This document shows, in pieces, positions 38,601 through 51,600 of a stretch of DNA of 64,000 nucleotides. The stretch comes from Octopus vulgaris (taxonomy: Eukaryota): assembly GCA_951406725.2 (NCBI GenBank), contig OX597819.1, positions 70,308,001 through 70,372,000 of the forward strand, given 5' to 3'. Made by a program: the position numbers and the translations under genes. Within the stretch, counting starts at the first letter, position 1, and the number at the start of each line of letters is the position of its first letter. The notes beneath the pieces are model-generated. The model had not been told where the DNA came from and did no database searches. It saw only the letters and a list, made by a program, of their open reading frames with translations.

Positions 38601-41600
38601 ATCCAATAATCTTTTCTACTCTAAACACAAGGCCCGAAATTTTTTGGGAGGGAGCCAGTCGATTACATTGACCCCAGTGCATAAATGGTACTTAATCAAC
38701 TCTGAAAGGATGAAAGACAAAGTCGACTCCAGTGGCATTTGAATTCAAAACATGAAGACAGATGAAATACCACTAAGCATTTCACCCAGTGTGTTAATGA
38801 TTCTGCCAGCTCACTGCCTTTGGTATATCTAATGATGTTACACCACTGTATTTAGTAGCTATTTAAGCAATATTGTTCTTGGATGATAACCCTTTTTTTT
38901 TTACCATATTTCTGTTGAGATGCTCTGTGTTTCTTTCAATTAATTTTAAATATAACACAGAATTTAAAAAATAATTTAGCTATCATTAAGCTAGTGTTAA
39001 GAACATAAATTGTGACTAAGGTTTGGTGGAAGATTTTAATTCAGAACTTTCAAAAACAAGACATTTGTATTACAGAACTAGAGGCAGTTTCAGTAGGGTT
39101 GATATCAAAAGGGTTAAGGGGTCAGAAAGTTTCCAATGAAGGAGCAAAATCATATATGTGCATTACTCTTTTTTCATCTTCAGTCTCTCTCTCTCTCTCT
39201 CTCTATCCACTCAGTCGAAGTTGACTCTCGGTCACTAGTTGGATCAGTGTCCTCCAGTCAGTTCTATCCTGGGCCGCTTCTTTCAGATTGGCTATGTCCA
39301 TTCCAGTATCACTCTTGATAGTGTCAAGCCAGCGAGTTCTTGGTCAGCCTCTTCCTCTCTTGCCACTGACAATTCCGAGCATGATGTCCTCCAGGGATTT
39401 TCTCATAATATGACCAAAATATGCCAATCTATGCTTGGTGATCCTAGCTTCTAGCGACATTTTCGGCCTTATCTGCTTAAGAACTTCAGTCTCATTGTTT
39501 GTTTATATCTGATGTCTCAGATATGAAATGCCATAACAAGAGTCAGTGCTGGCTATAATTCCTATAGAACAGCAGTAGAGATTACCTTGACATGCTATTC
39601 TTTCTGGTTTATATCCATTTATGATGTATTGTGTCTGTGATAGTTTATTACTTTTAATCTCTTATGACTATAATTAAGATATTTGAGGAATTTTTAAATG
39701 TTTATATATATATATTTGTGTGTGTGTGTGTGTATATATATAATAGAAATATGTTACAAAAAGAAAATAGAAACTACATGTGGTAATGTAAGGGGAAAGT
39801 AAGAGGAAAAATAAGCGAAAATGCATATTGGAAATCAAAAAAAGTAAAGGCTTTTTATGAAAAGAAATGATTGATATATACAGTTAGATGAACTGAGGTA
39901 GGAATAAAAGTAATAAAAGTCATTATTGTGAATTGTTAAAGAGGTTCAAAGGTATACCAGTTTCGTAAAATTACTGTTCACTGGCTTTGAATGTGCACTG
40001 ATTACCAAACGGTGTCGGGTTTATTAGTCCCTGAGTAAAAGAAATTTGTAAGGGAGGTAAGTAGTTCTTGATTTGGTGCAATTAGGGCAGATACAATACA
40101 GTAATGTGAATGGTGTATGGAACGTATGGGGGTTAGTGGTATTAATTGAAGGGTTAGTATATATATATATATATTCATTCCATCCATGTTGGTATTTCTG
40201 GATTTAGATGAAATTAAAATAATGTATTTTCTGTTGTTTTACAGCCAAAAAGGAGACCAGGCGATTGGTTGTTCTTACAAAGCAGCTACAGGTTTATTGT
40301 ATCCATTGGAAAGAGGACTAATCTTTGTTCACAAACCTCCCATTCACATTCGATTTGATGAAGTCTCTTCTGTTAACTTTGCCCGAAGTGCTGGCAGCAC
40401 TAGGTCCTTTGATTTTGATGTAGAAACCAAGTCTAGTAATACTTACACGTTTGTTGGTATTGAAAAGTAGGTTGGGCTTTTTGTATTTTTTATTATTATT
40501 GAGTGAGAGAGCAATGCATGGCATCAAAGTGACACTGGGGTAAAATATATGAAGCCCAGTATACGCATCATGACTACCTGTCTGATAAGAGTGCACCAGG
40601 CACATGCATCACAATCATGTGCACTACCTGATCTCATATCAAAGTAAACAGTGCATGACCTCGCAAGTGGGGCCCAGTTAGAATTTTCTTCAGGTAGAGT
40701 AGCCCATCCTGCTCAAATGGTTCTTCAATAAGGGTTGTTTAAGGATGTTGAATGAAACACCCATGTTTCCAGAGGTGAATTATCCAAACTCCAAAGAATT
40801 CCTCTCAACATCTGGTTATGATGCTCCCCAACTACTTCTGCTTGTCATCAGAGATGCACATATCGTCAGCCACCAAGGGACATGTTCAACTGGTGAAGGT
40901 CAAATAACTGACAAGCAAATCTGTGGTATTAAGCAGAATATTTGCCGTATTCCATCTTTTATACCTAGAGAAAACAATGTACAGGATAATACTTCACTTC
41001 CAATCAGTTAAGTCCTGCATCAGGGCATTATTATTATACTTTTTATCATCATCATCATCATCATCACCACCACCAGTACTACTGCTGCTACAGCTATTGC
41101 TCAGTAGTTTTACTTCTACCTCATGCTTTCGCTGCTCCACAGTGCGCAGCTTATGTGTCTTGGGTATGTGGTGGCCATGGAGAAAATATCACTACCATTC
41201 TTGGAGAGAGTTGAGGGTTGGCAACAAGGTGGGTTATTGAGCTACTTCAATAAACTCCATACAAGTATGGAAAAGTGGATGTGATAATGATGATGACAGC
41301 AATTTTATTTTATATATTTTTGTTAATAAAACAAGTATTTCTGCCTTTTTCACAGAGATGAATATGGAAAACTGTATGATTTTATCCGTGGCAAGAAACT
41401 AAGAGTCAAAAATTTTGGTTCCAAAGTAAGATGTTCTAAATTATATATTTGTTTTGTTTTATTTTTTCCCTTTGTTTCAGTCCTTAGACTGTGCCCATGC
41501 TGGGGCACTGCCTTGAAGGGCTTTTAAATCTTGGTACTTATTCTCTCATGTTCATTTGACAAACTGCTAAGCTATGGGGACATAAACACACTAGTACAAG

Positions 41601-44600
41601 TTGCAAAGCAGTGGTGAGAGACAGACACATGCACACATATGATGGACTTCTTTCAGTTTCCATCTATCAAATCCACTTAGAAGGCTTTGGTCAGCTTGAG
41701 GCTATAATAGAAGACACTTACCCAATGTGCCATGCAGTGGGACTGAACCAGGAACCATCTGGTTCAGAAGAAAGCTTCATACCACACAGTCGCATCTGCG
41801 CCTATTTGCTTGTTAGGTTTCTTTGAAGACCAATTCAACACAAAAGCCATATGTTGTGGTTGGCAGTAAACCGAATTGCCTTGCTGTATTTATTCTGGTT
41901 TTTTGCATTATGTTTTTCAAATCCTGCTGAAGTCAGCTTTGCTTTTCATCCCTCTGATGTCGATGAAATAAAGTACCAACCAAGTACTATGGTATTGACC
42001 AATTCTCTTCAAAGTTCCTAACCTAAATTGCAAATAATTAAACAAAACCGGAGATAAAGTTGCCAACAGTATTCATAATAGACTCCTATAGTCACATATG
42101 CCTGGGTTCCTTGTTTCAATGACACCAGTCTGTCACAGTAGAGCAACATGAAATGAACACAACGCATCGTCCAGTCCATGAATCGAAACTACAATGTTAT
42201 GATCATGATTCAATCACCCTACTCACTAAGCCACGTGCCTCCACTACTCATGATAAAGCAACGTAAAATTTGTGAATAGGTTTAAGGCTGAAGCCAAAAT
42301 ATTATCAGCCCAGAGAGGATTTGAGTTATGAGTATATGTAATATATTTATTATTACCATATAGGCACAGGAGTGGCTGTCTGGTAAGTAGTTTGCTTACC
42401 GACCACATGGTTCTGGGTTCAGTCCTACTGCGTGGAACCTTGGGCAAGTGGCTTCTACTATACCCTTGGGCCGACCAAAGCCTTGCGAGTAGATTTGATA
42501 AATGGCAACTGAAAGAAGCCTTAATGTGACAGTCTCATAAATGGGAAGAATACTACTGTTATTTAGCCCTGGAAAACACTGATGATGATGAATTTATTTA
42601 AAAAATTTAAGTGTAACCAACGTTGCAGATATTACTAACAGCAGTGGATTTAGAGGTATCTGCGATGTATTCTTACCACTTTTGCAACTGTTTTTTTCCT
42701 TGTGATATCTCTTGACACTCATTCCTTTTTTGTGTGCAGGAGAAAGGTTCATATCGTGACGACATGGTTGATAGCAATGATGAGAGTGAAGAACAACACG
42801 ATGCCTACTTGGAACGAATGAAACAGGAAGGAAGAGAAAGAGATGAGGATGAATCAGAAGACGAATCAGGTAATTTACCCTTTTTTTTATTTACTTTTCT
42901 CTTTTAACTGAAAGAAGTGCCCCGCTCCCCGCTTGAGGCTTGTAGTTTTGCAAAGCTGCACGACAACCTCCATTGGACAACTGGCACGGAAATATGCACC
43001 TAGCACACACATTGGAGCTTGATGCAGTTCTTGGTGCCCTTCCAGTCTTATCAAACCATCCAACCCATGTTTAAACTCAAGTAAGAGGTCTGTTGCATGT
43101 TGGTAGACTGTCGAATAACTAGGAGAAATGGTTACAAAGGGTTTAAAAAAAAAGGGCTTTTCCTGCTGGATTAGGAAAAGACTATTGTGAATAGACAGAA
43201 TACTAAAAGAAATGTGTTACAAGGAATTACTCCAGAATGGCCAGTGGCATTTATTAAATACTATACAACATAAATTCTTGGTTTATTAAAACTCTCCAAC
43301 TGTAGAAGATATCTCATGAGGACAGGTGCAGGCATGGCTGTGTGGTAAGAAGCTTTCTTCCCAACCACGTGGTTCTGGGTTCAGACCCACTACATGGCAC
43401 CTTGGGCAAGTGTCTTCTACTATAACTTCGGGTTGACCAAAGCCTTGTGAGTGGATTTGGTTGACAGAAACTGAAAGAATCCTGTCACATATTTGTGTGT
43501 ATGTGCTTGTCCCCTACCATCACTTGCTGGCCAGTGTTGGTTTGTTTACCTTCTAGTACCATAGCAGTTCAGCAAAAGAAACCAATAGTATAAGTAATAT
43601 GGTCAATTAATTCAATAAAAGCCCTTCAAGGTAGTGCCCCAGCATGGCCACAATCAAATGACTGAAACAGGTAAATGGTAAAAGGTAGATGTGAGAGGCT
43701 GGATCTGGCCAAGTTGAACACAAAACACAAGTAAAATATTGGGGCCAGATAAGGGTTGGTTTAAATGCTAAAGGTTTACGTTACTGACTACTCTTTGTGT
43801 TGGTGCCATGAATAAATATTCCCAGAGTATTCTGGGAAGTGGATGGAGATAGTAAAGCCTTCCAGCCTCAAAAGCAAGCCACATGATACTTAGGAACAGC
43901 AGCTCCCAATAAAAAAATAACTTAGGCAGGTGTAACAACGGGATTAAACCTGAAATCAATTCTTAATCACTCAGGCATCTGATCTATTGGTCCGTGCTTT
44001 TGATGGACCAAGTGCCTACAAGAGAGGATCTCTCAAGGCTAAAAGTGCAATATTCCGTGTTCTAACAAGGCACCCAGGTTAAGTTGGATTCAAAGATTAC
44101 CTTTTTGGTGTTAATACTGCTTATGTTGCTTAATAATCAATTTTTAATGAGCTTGCTTGGCTATTTGGAACATCAGTGTCTGAAAAGATGCTGATAATCT
44201 ATGTATCATAACAGTGAGATTTGACTGGCACCCCACTGATGGTTTCCATTTGAATGAAATCACAAGATGTTGCAATTCTGGCGTTCATTATAGACAATTC
44301 TCATCTGCTAAGATATATGTGTGTGTTCTTTTATGCATCAAGCACCTATAAAATAGGATCTCTCAAGGTTAATAATGCAGTGTTTGGTGTTATGTTAAGT
44401 TGGATAAACTCTTACTTGTTTCAGTCATTTAACTGCAGCCATGCTGGAGCACCACCTTTAATTGAGCAAATCGACCCTAGGACTTATTCTTTGGAAGCCT
44501 AGTACTTATTCTATTGGTCTCCTTTTGCTGAACCGCTAAGTTATGGGGACGTAAACACACCACCATTGGTTGTCAAGCGATGTTGGGGGACAAACACATA

Positions 44601-45590
44601 CACACACATACATACATATATATATATATATCATCATCATCATCATTTAGCGTCCGCTTTTCATGCTAGCATGGGTTGGACAGTTCAACTGGGGTCTGTG
44701 AAGCCAGAAGGCTGCATCAGGCCCAGTCTGATCTGGCAGTGTTTCTACGGCTGGATGCCCTTCCTAACGCCAACCACTCTATGAGTGTAGTGGGTGCTTT
44801 TTATGTGCCACCGGCACAGGGGCCAGGCGAGGCTGGCAACGGCCACGAACGGATGGTGCTACGTGCCACTGGCACGGGGGCCAGGCGAGGCTAGCAACGG
44901 ACACAAACGGATGGTGCTTTTACGTGCCGCCGGCACGGAGGCCAGTCGGGGCGGCGCTGGCAACGGCCACGATCGGATGGTTCGCTTAACCACAGCTGCA
45001 ATTTCCATTGATGTTGATCGACTTCGATTTTGGCTCTGCTTTCTGATATCGGATTTGATTTGGTTTGATTTTGATTTTCACTTGTCTCAATGGGTCTTCA
45101 CAAGTGGAGTTTTGTGTCCCAAGAAGGAAAGGTACGTAGGCCACAGGTTATGTTCTCACTAGTCTTGCCGGGTCTTCTCATGCACAACATACTTCTATAG
45201 GTCTCGGTCTCTAGTCATTTCCTTGGTGAGACCTAAAGTTCGAAGGTCGTGCTTCTCCCATGTTTTCCTGGGTCTACCTCTTCCACAGGTTCCCTCAACT
45301 GCTAGGGTGTGGCACTTTCGCACACAACTATCTTCAGCCATTCTCGTCACATGACCATACCAGCACACCACAACTGATGCTTCTTAGGTCCAACTTTTCT
45401 CTCAAGATACTTACACTCTGTTGATTATGAACACTGACATTACACATCCATCGAAGCTTACTGGCTTCATTTCTTGCAAGCTTACGCAAATCCTCAGCAG
45501 TCACAGCCCATGTTTCACTACCGTGTAGCATGGCTGTACGTACACATGCATCATACAGTCTGCCTTTTACTCTGAGCGAGAGGCCTTTTG

Positions 45591-45628
<38 letters not shown>

Positions 45629-45635
45629 TCATCAT

Positions 45636-45680
<45 letters not shown>

Positions 45681-48600
45681 TATACATATATACGATGGGC
45701 TTCTTTCAGTTTCCGTCTACCAAATCCACTCACAAAGCTTTGGTCGGCCTGAGGCTATAGTAGAAGACACTTTCCCAAGGTGCCACGCAGTGGGAATGAA
45801 CTCAGAGCCATGTGGTTGATAAGCAAGCTAATTACCACACAGCAACTCCTGCAACTATACTGATTACCTTTTGATATAAAATGCTGCTTCCATCACCAAT
45901 AATTAATGATTTTTATTTATTTTTTCAGATGAATCTTTCAATCCTGGAGAAAGTGGCAGTGAAGTTGCAGAAGAGTGAGTTTTTATAAATCTATATGTTA
46001 CTATTATACACTTGTATTTGATACCAACCTACCTGAGACCACCCCGACTGGTTCTGTAGTAAAACTCTTTGTTTTAGAGTGATCCAAATCAGTCTTCCAT
46101 CAAAATTCCATGTTAATTCATGTTCCAAACATCATCATCATCGTTTAACATCCGCTTTCCATGCTGGCATAGGTTGGGTGGTTTGACTGTGGACTGGCAA
46201 ACCAGATGGCTGCACCAGGCTCCAATCTGATCTGGCAGAGTTTCTACAGCTGGATGCCCTTCCTAATGCCAACCACTCCGAGAGTGTAGTGGTTGCTTTT
46301 ACGTGCCACTGGCACGAGGGCCAGTCACGCGGTACTGGCAACGGCCACGCTCAGGTGGTGTTTTTTACGTGTCACCTGCACAGGAGCCAGACCAGCGGCA
46401 CTGTCAACAACCTTGTTCAAATGTTTTTCACATGTCACCGGCACAAGTGCCAGTAAGGCAATGCTGGAAATTATCACGTTTGAATGGTACTTTTTACGTG
46501 CCACTTACACTGAAGCCAGTCAGCTGCTCTGGCAGTGATCATGCTCGGATGGTGCTCTTAGCGCTCCACTGCCAGTCATCGAATTTGATTTGATTTCTAT
46601 TTCACTTGCCTCAGCAGGTCTTCGCAGTTAGCCGCTCTGGCAACGATCAAGCTCGGATGGTGCTTATATATATATATATATATATCATCATCGTTTAACG
46701 TCCGCTTTCCATGCTAGCATGGGTTGGACAATTGACTGAGGGCTGGTGAACCAGATGGCTGCACCAGGCCTCAATCTTGATGTGGCAGTGTTTCTACTGC
46801 TGGATGCCCTTCCTAACGCCAACCGCTCCAAGAGTGTAGTGGGTGCATATATATATCTCCTTCATTTCTTTATTTAACAGATATGATAGCAACCCTGAGA
46901 CCACATCAGATTCGGAAAGTGGTGAAGATGGAGAGCCAAAGAAACCAAAACCTAAGAAACACAAAGAAAAGAAAGCCTCCAAACCTAAAGAAGTGAGTTG
47001 TTGTTTGTTTTTGTTTTTTTATCACCCCCACCATCACCATCACCAAAAAAAATTTTTTTAATTTTGACCTTTTCTGGTTTCTTATTTCACTCTGCTAAAT
47101 GTATGTATTTATGCTATGTTGTTATTAGTAGACAATGATGATGTTATAGATCTCCAATAAATCGAAACACAGGAGTTCATTGTATTTCTGACAGAATGTG
47201 TTTGTAACTCATTTTCTATTCTTCGCTCTATATGCTGTAAAAAGCATTATAAACTGGAGAAATCTGCCAAGCAACCAACTTTACTTTCAGCTGTTGTTAT
47301 ATATATATATATATTTTTCTCCCTTTCTTATTCTTTTCAGTCCAAATCCAGCAAATCCCGGAAGAAAAAGAAGAACGTTGACCCTAATCGTCCAAAACGT
47401 CCATTATCAGCCTACTTCATCTGGTTAAGTGAAAATAGAGAAAAGATTAAAACTGATAACCCTGGCATTTCCATTACAGATCTTACCAAGAAGGCTGCTG
47501 ACATTTGGAGAAACATCACTGACAAATCTGTTAGTATGCTGACATTTTACTACAATTATTCCCTCTTTTCTTTTTCTTTTTTGTTCTGCTATTTTTATAT
47601 TTTTTGTTTTTGTTTCCCAACATGATATGTTGGAAATCTGCAGATTTTTATGCCCTGTTTCTGCCATTTTATCTTTTATTATTATTATTATTGCCTTTGC
47701 AACTCACAGCTTATTTTGCTGGGTATGATGGAAAGTGTCAGCTGTCCACAGCCAACTGACTAAAGTGATACATGCTTTACTGGTCAAGCTTCAAGAACCC
47801 TGCGAAGAATTCTTGCACTTCCAAGCAATGCTGATTTTTGTTGGTGTTCTACCTTCACACTTGCACCAATCTTTTTCAGCCATGTTGATAGTTGAGTGCT
47901 GATACTTCTAAGTGCACCAATTACTATCGGTATCACGACAAGTCTTTTCATTGACCACAACACTCGTATTTCCCACTTCAAATCGTCGTTGTTTATTTTT
48001 CTTTCTTCTTTCACATTGATCCTGTTGTCACCGGGGCATCTTTCACATTGATTCTGTTATCACCAGAGCATGCTATGTTGATTATCATGCATGTTCTTTC
48101 TTTTTTATTCACCACAACAATATCAGGTTTCTGATGTCTGGTCAGGTGATTGCAGTGGATCATTACATTCCCACAAGATTTTGTAATTCTCATTCTCGGT
48201 AACTCATTCTAGAGTTTGTTCATACCATGTCTTTGCTCTTGGTAGGCCATGATTTCCACAGAGTTCCCATAGATCATTCTTACCACATTGTCATGGTGTC
48301 ATTTGTATTTGTGTTGTGCAAATTTCAGGCATTTACTAATGATGTGCCATACCATTTCACTGCTATTGTTGTTATTACTATTCAGTAACTTTTAACATCT
48401 GATATTCAAAAGGTGATGAGCTGGCAGAATCGTTAGCATGCTGGGCAAAATGCTAAGTGGTATTTTGTTCATCCTTACATTCAGGGTTCTAATTCTACTG
48501 AGGTCAACTTTGCCTTTTATCCTTTCAGGGTCAGTGAAGTAAATAATAGTTAAGCATTAAGGTCATTGCAATCAACTATCTCCCTTTCCAAAATTTCAGG

Positions 48601-51600
48601 CCTTGTGCCTATAGTAGAAAGGATTATTATTATTATTGAGTGAGAGAGCAGTGCATGCCATCAAAGTGACACTTTGGTAAAATATATAAATGCCCAGCAT
48701 ACTAGTATACCCATCATGACTATCCGTCGGATAAGAGTACACCAGACACATGCATCACAACCATATGTGCGTGACATAGTGATATCATATCAAGATAAAC
48801 AGTTCATGACCTTGCAGGTGGGGCCCAGTTAGAATTTTCTGCAGGTTGAATAGCCAATCGCACTCAAAAGGTCTCTGAATTGTTTAAGGATGTTGAGCAA
48901 AATACCTATGTTTTCAAAGTTGAATTATCCAAACCCCCAAAAATTCCTCTCACCACATTGCTGTGATACTCCCCCACTAGTTCTGCTCATGATCAGAGAT
49001 GCACATATCATCAGCCACTAGGGAACATGTTCAGCTGGTTAAGATCTAGCAACTGGCAAGCAAGTCTGTGACATTGAGCAGAATATTTGCTGTAGCTCAT
49101 CTTTTATACCAAGACAAAACAATGTTTCAGCTCTTAACTATTAACTCTCTGAAGGATCTAGGCCTCCTCCAGGTCAGGATTCTTGAACACCCCTCCACTA
49201 GGAAGCAAACTGCTCAACCATAAAACCATGCCTACTCTTATAATAGATACCAATGTATTTGGACAATAAGATTTAGCAAAACTAGATCTTGATGGCCATG
49301 TTGAGTTTGTTGGTCATATTATCCATGTCCTCAACACCAGATTATTAACTATCATTGCATGGAAAATGTATAACTGTGTGCCTCCAAACAGACTGAATCC
49401 TGTCTCTTCTGGAGTTGCAGAACCTAGGTTTCTCTTCAGTTAGCTATTTGTCAGTTCTGTTTGGGATAGATCTTAGGTGAAGAATTTGCTATTTAACAAG
49501 AACAGGCAGAAGTCTGTTCAATTAGAAATGTTCCAAAAAGATAAATATTTAAAGAAGATGATAGTAAATTAAAGCTCTTGACTGAAGAAACTGAAGCTAA
49601 AATCATTCCCTTCTCAAAGTTCCCACCATTCTTCTTTGAAATTTCTGAATTTGAAAGTATTCTACCTTTGTGTTTCTAGAAATGGGAAAAACTTCAAGAA
49701 GAATCTAAAGAAAAATATAATCTACTTATGGAAGAATATAAAAAGACAGCTTCTGAAAGACCTGATAACGATGAGAAGTGAGTATTAAATGGGTTTTGTC
49801 TGTGTTTGTTTGGTATCCATTTTTCCATGCTAGCATGTGTTGACCTTTTAGCATTTAAACCAATCATATCAGACCCAAATATTCTACTTGTTTTGTGCTT
49901 AAACTGACCAGATTCAGCCTCTCACACATCCTAGCCTACAAATGTATTTTAAAAATGAAGAATCACATTGTCAAGATCTCAAAGTGAAGAAATTTATTAA
50001 AAACAATGTGAATAAATAAACATTACATTTGAACAAGTAATCTGAATGCTAAAGGGTTAAAGGAATGCTTATTGTTGAGGTTTTTGTGTGTGTGTATATA
50101 CAGGGTGACCCAAAAGTAGGTTTACGGTTATTCAATTATCATTATCATTGTTTAACATCTGTTTTCCATGCTGGCATAAGTTGGATGGTTTGACTGGAGA
50201 CTGGCAAGCCAGGAGGCCACACCAGTCTCCAATCTGATCTAGCAATGTTTCTACAGCTGGATGCCCTTCCTAATGCCAACCACTCCAAGAATGTAGTGGT
50301 TGCTTTTTTTGTGCCACTGGTATGGGAGCCAGTCAGGCGACACTGGCATCAGCCATGTTCGGATGGTGCTTTTTCTTTCACATTCATATATTAACAGTTT
50401 AGATCTTAATTATGAAAAAAAATATGAAACCCTGTTCTAACTAAGATAGAAATTTAAATATAATAAAATGTTTTTAAAAAAATTTAAAGCTCCTACATGA
50501 TAATTGTAAACCTACTTTGGGGCCACTCTGTATATAGATATAGATAGGTGTATAGAACAAATAAACTATCCTATCCTGGCAGAAAATGCAAAGTTTTGGA
50601 TAAAACACAGGGAGGGCAGTGTACATATATACACTCATATCATCATTTAATGCCTGTGTTCCATGCTGGCATGGGTTGGCCAATTTGATAGGCTCCAAAG
50701 CTTGTGTGCATACAAAGCACCTGTAAAGTGGTTGGCATTAGGAAGGGCATCCAGCTATGGAAACCATGCCAAAACAGACGACTGGAACTTTGTGTAGCCC
50801 ACTGGCTTGCCAGTTCCTGTCAAACCGTCCAAACCATGCCAGCATAGAAAACAGGTGTTAAATAACGATGATATTGTGCCACAAGCATTAGTGAAGTCAC
50901 CACACAGCTTATAAGACTACAAACTCTGAGAAGAAGGAGTGCTTTATGCTAAGAAATAAGGGGTTAAAGTTTAAGAGAAAGAACCCCCAAGATACATGTA
51001 CATTACTTTGAATTTTAGGGGTTTCATTTACAGGGTACATGTTCAGATAGGGTCATGCATCGCATTTAGGGGTTTGGTTAGCAAGGTGCATGTACACACA
51101 GTTGTTATGATTTGGTTGATTGTCCAATGCAGTGGTTCTCAACCAGGGTCCGTATAAATTTTTGTTCATTAAAATTTCATCATCGTTGTCGTTTAACGTC
51201 CGCTTTCCAAGCTGCCATGGGTTGGATGGTTTGACTGAGGACCAGCATGCTGGAAGGCTGTATCAGGCTCCACTCTGATCTATAGGTTTCTACAGCTGGA
51301 TGCCTTTCCTAACGCCAACAACTCAGAGCATAGTGGGCGCTTTTTACGTGCCGCCGGCACGAGGGCCAGTCAGTGGGTACTGGTATCGAATGGTGCATTT
51401 TGCTTGCTACCGGCATGGGAGCCAGTCAGGCAGCACTGGCAGAGACCAAATCTGCAATAAATTGGTTATACCTTGTTTAAATTTTCTTATACAATTCCTA
51501 ATAATATGTAATTATCAGTACAATTTAAAAAATTTTTTTATATATTCATTGAATGGCTATGTGGGGTCTCAGCAGAGTAAAATAGAAATAAAAGGGGTCC

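Noticed and set aside
39946-39990. Further hammerhead-like remnant on the minus strand (GAAACTGGTA)
   Set aside because: The CUGANGA box is not recognisable; too degenerate to call.
44785-46570. CRISPR-like repeat/spacer appearance of GTGCC-N3-GGCAC units
   Set aside because: The linkers are homologous to each other, the array sits in an RTE 3'UTR, the context is eukaryotic, and there are no cas genes.
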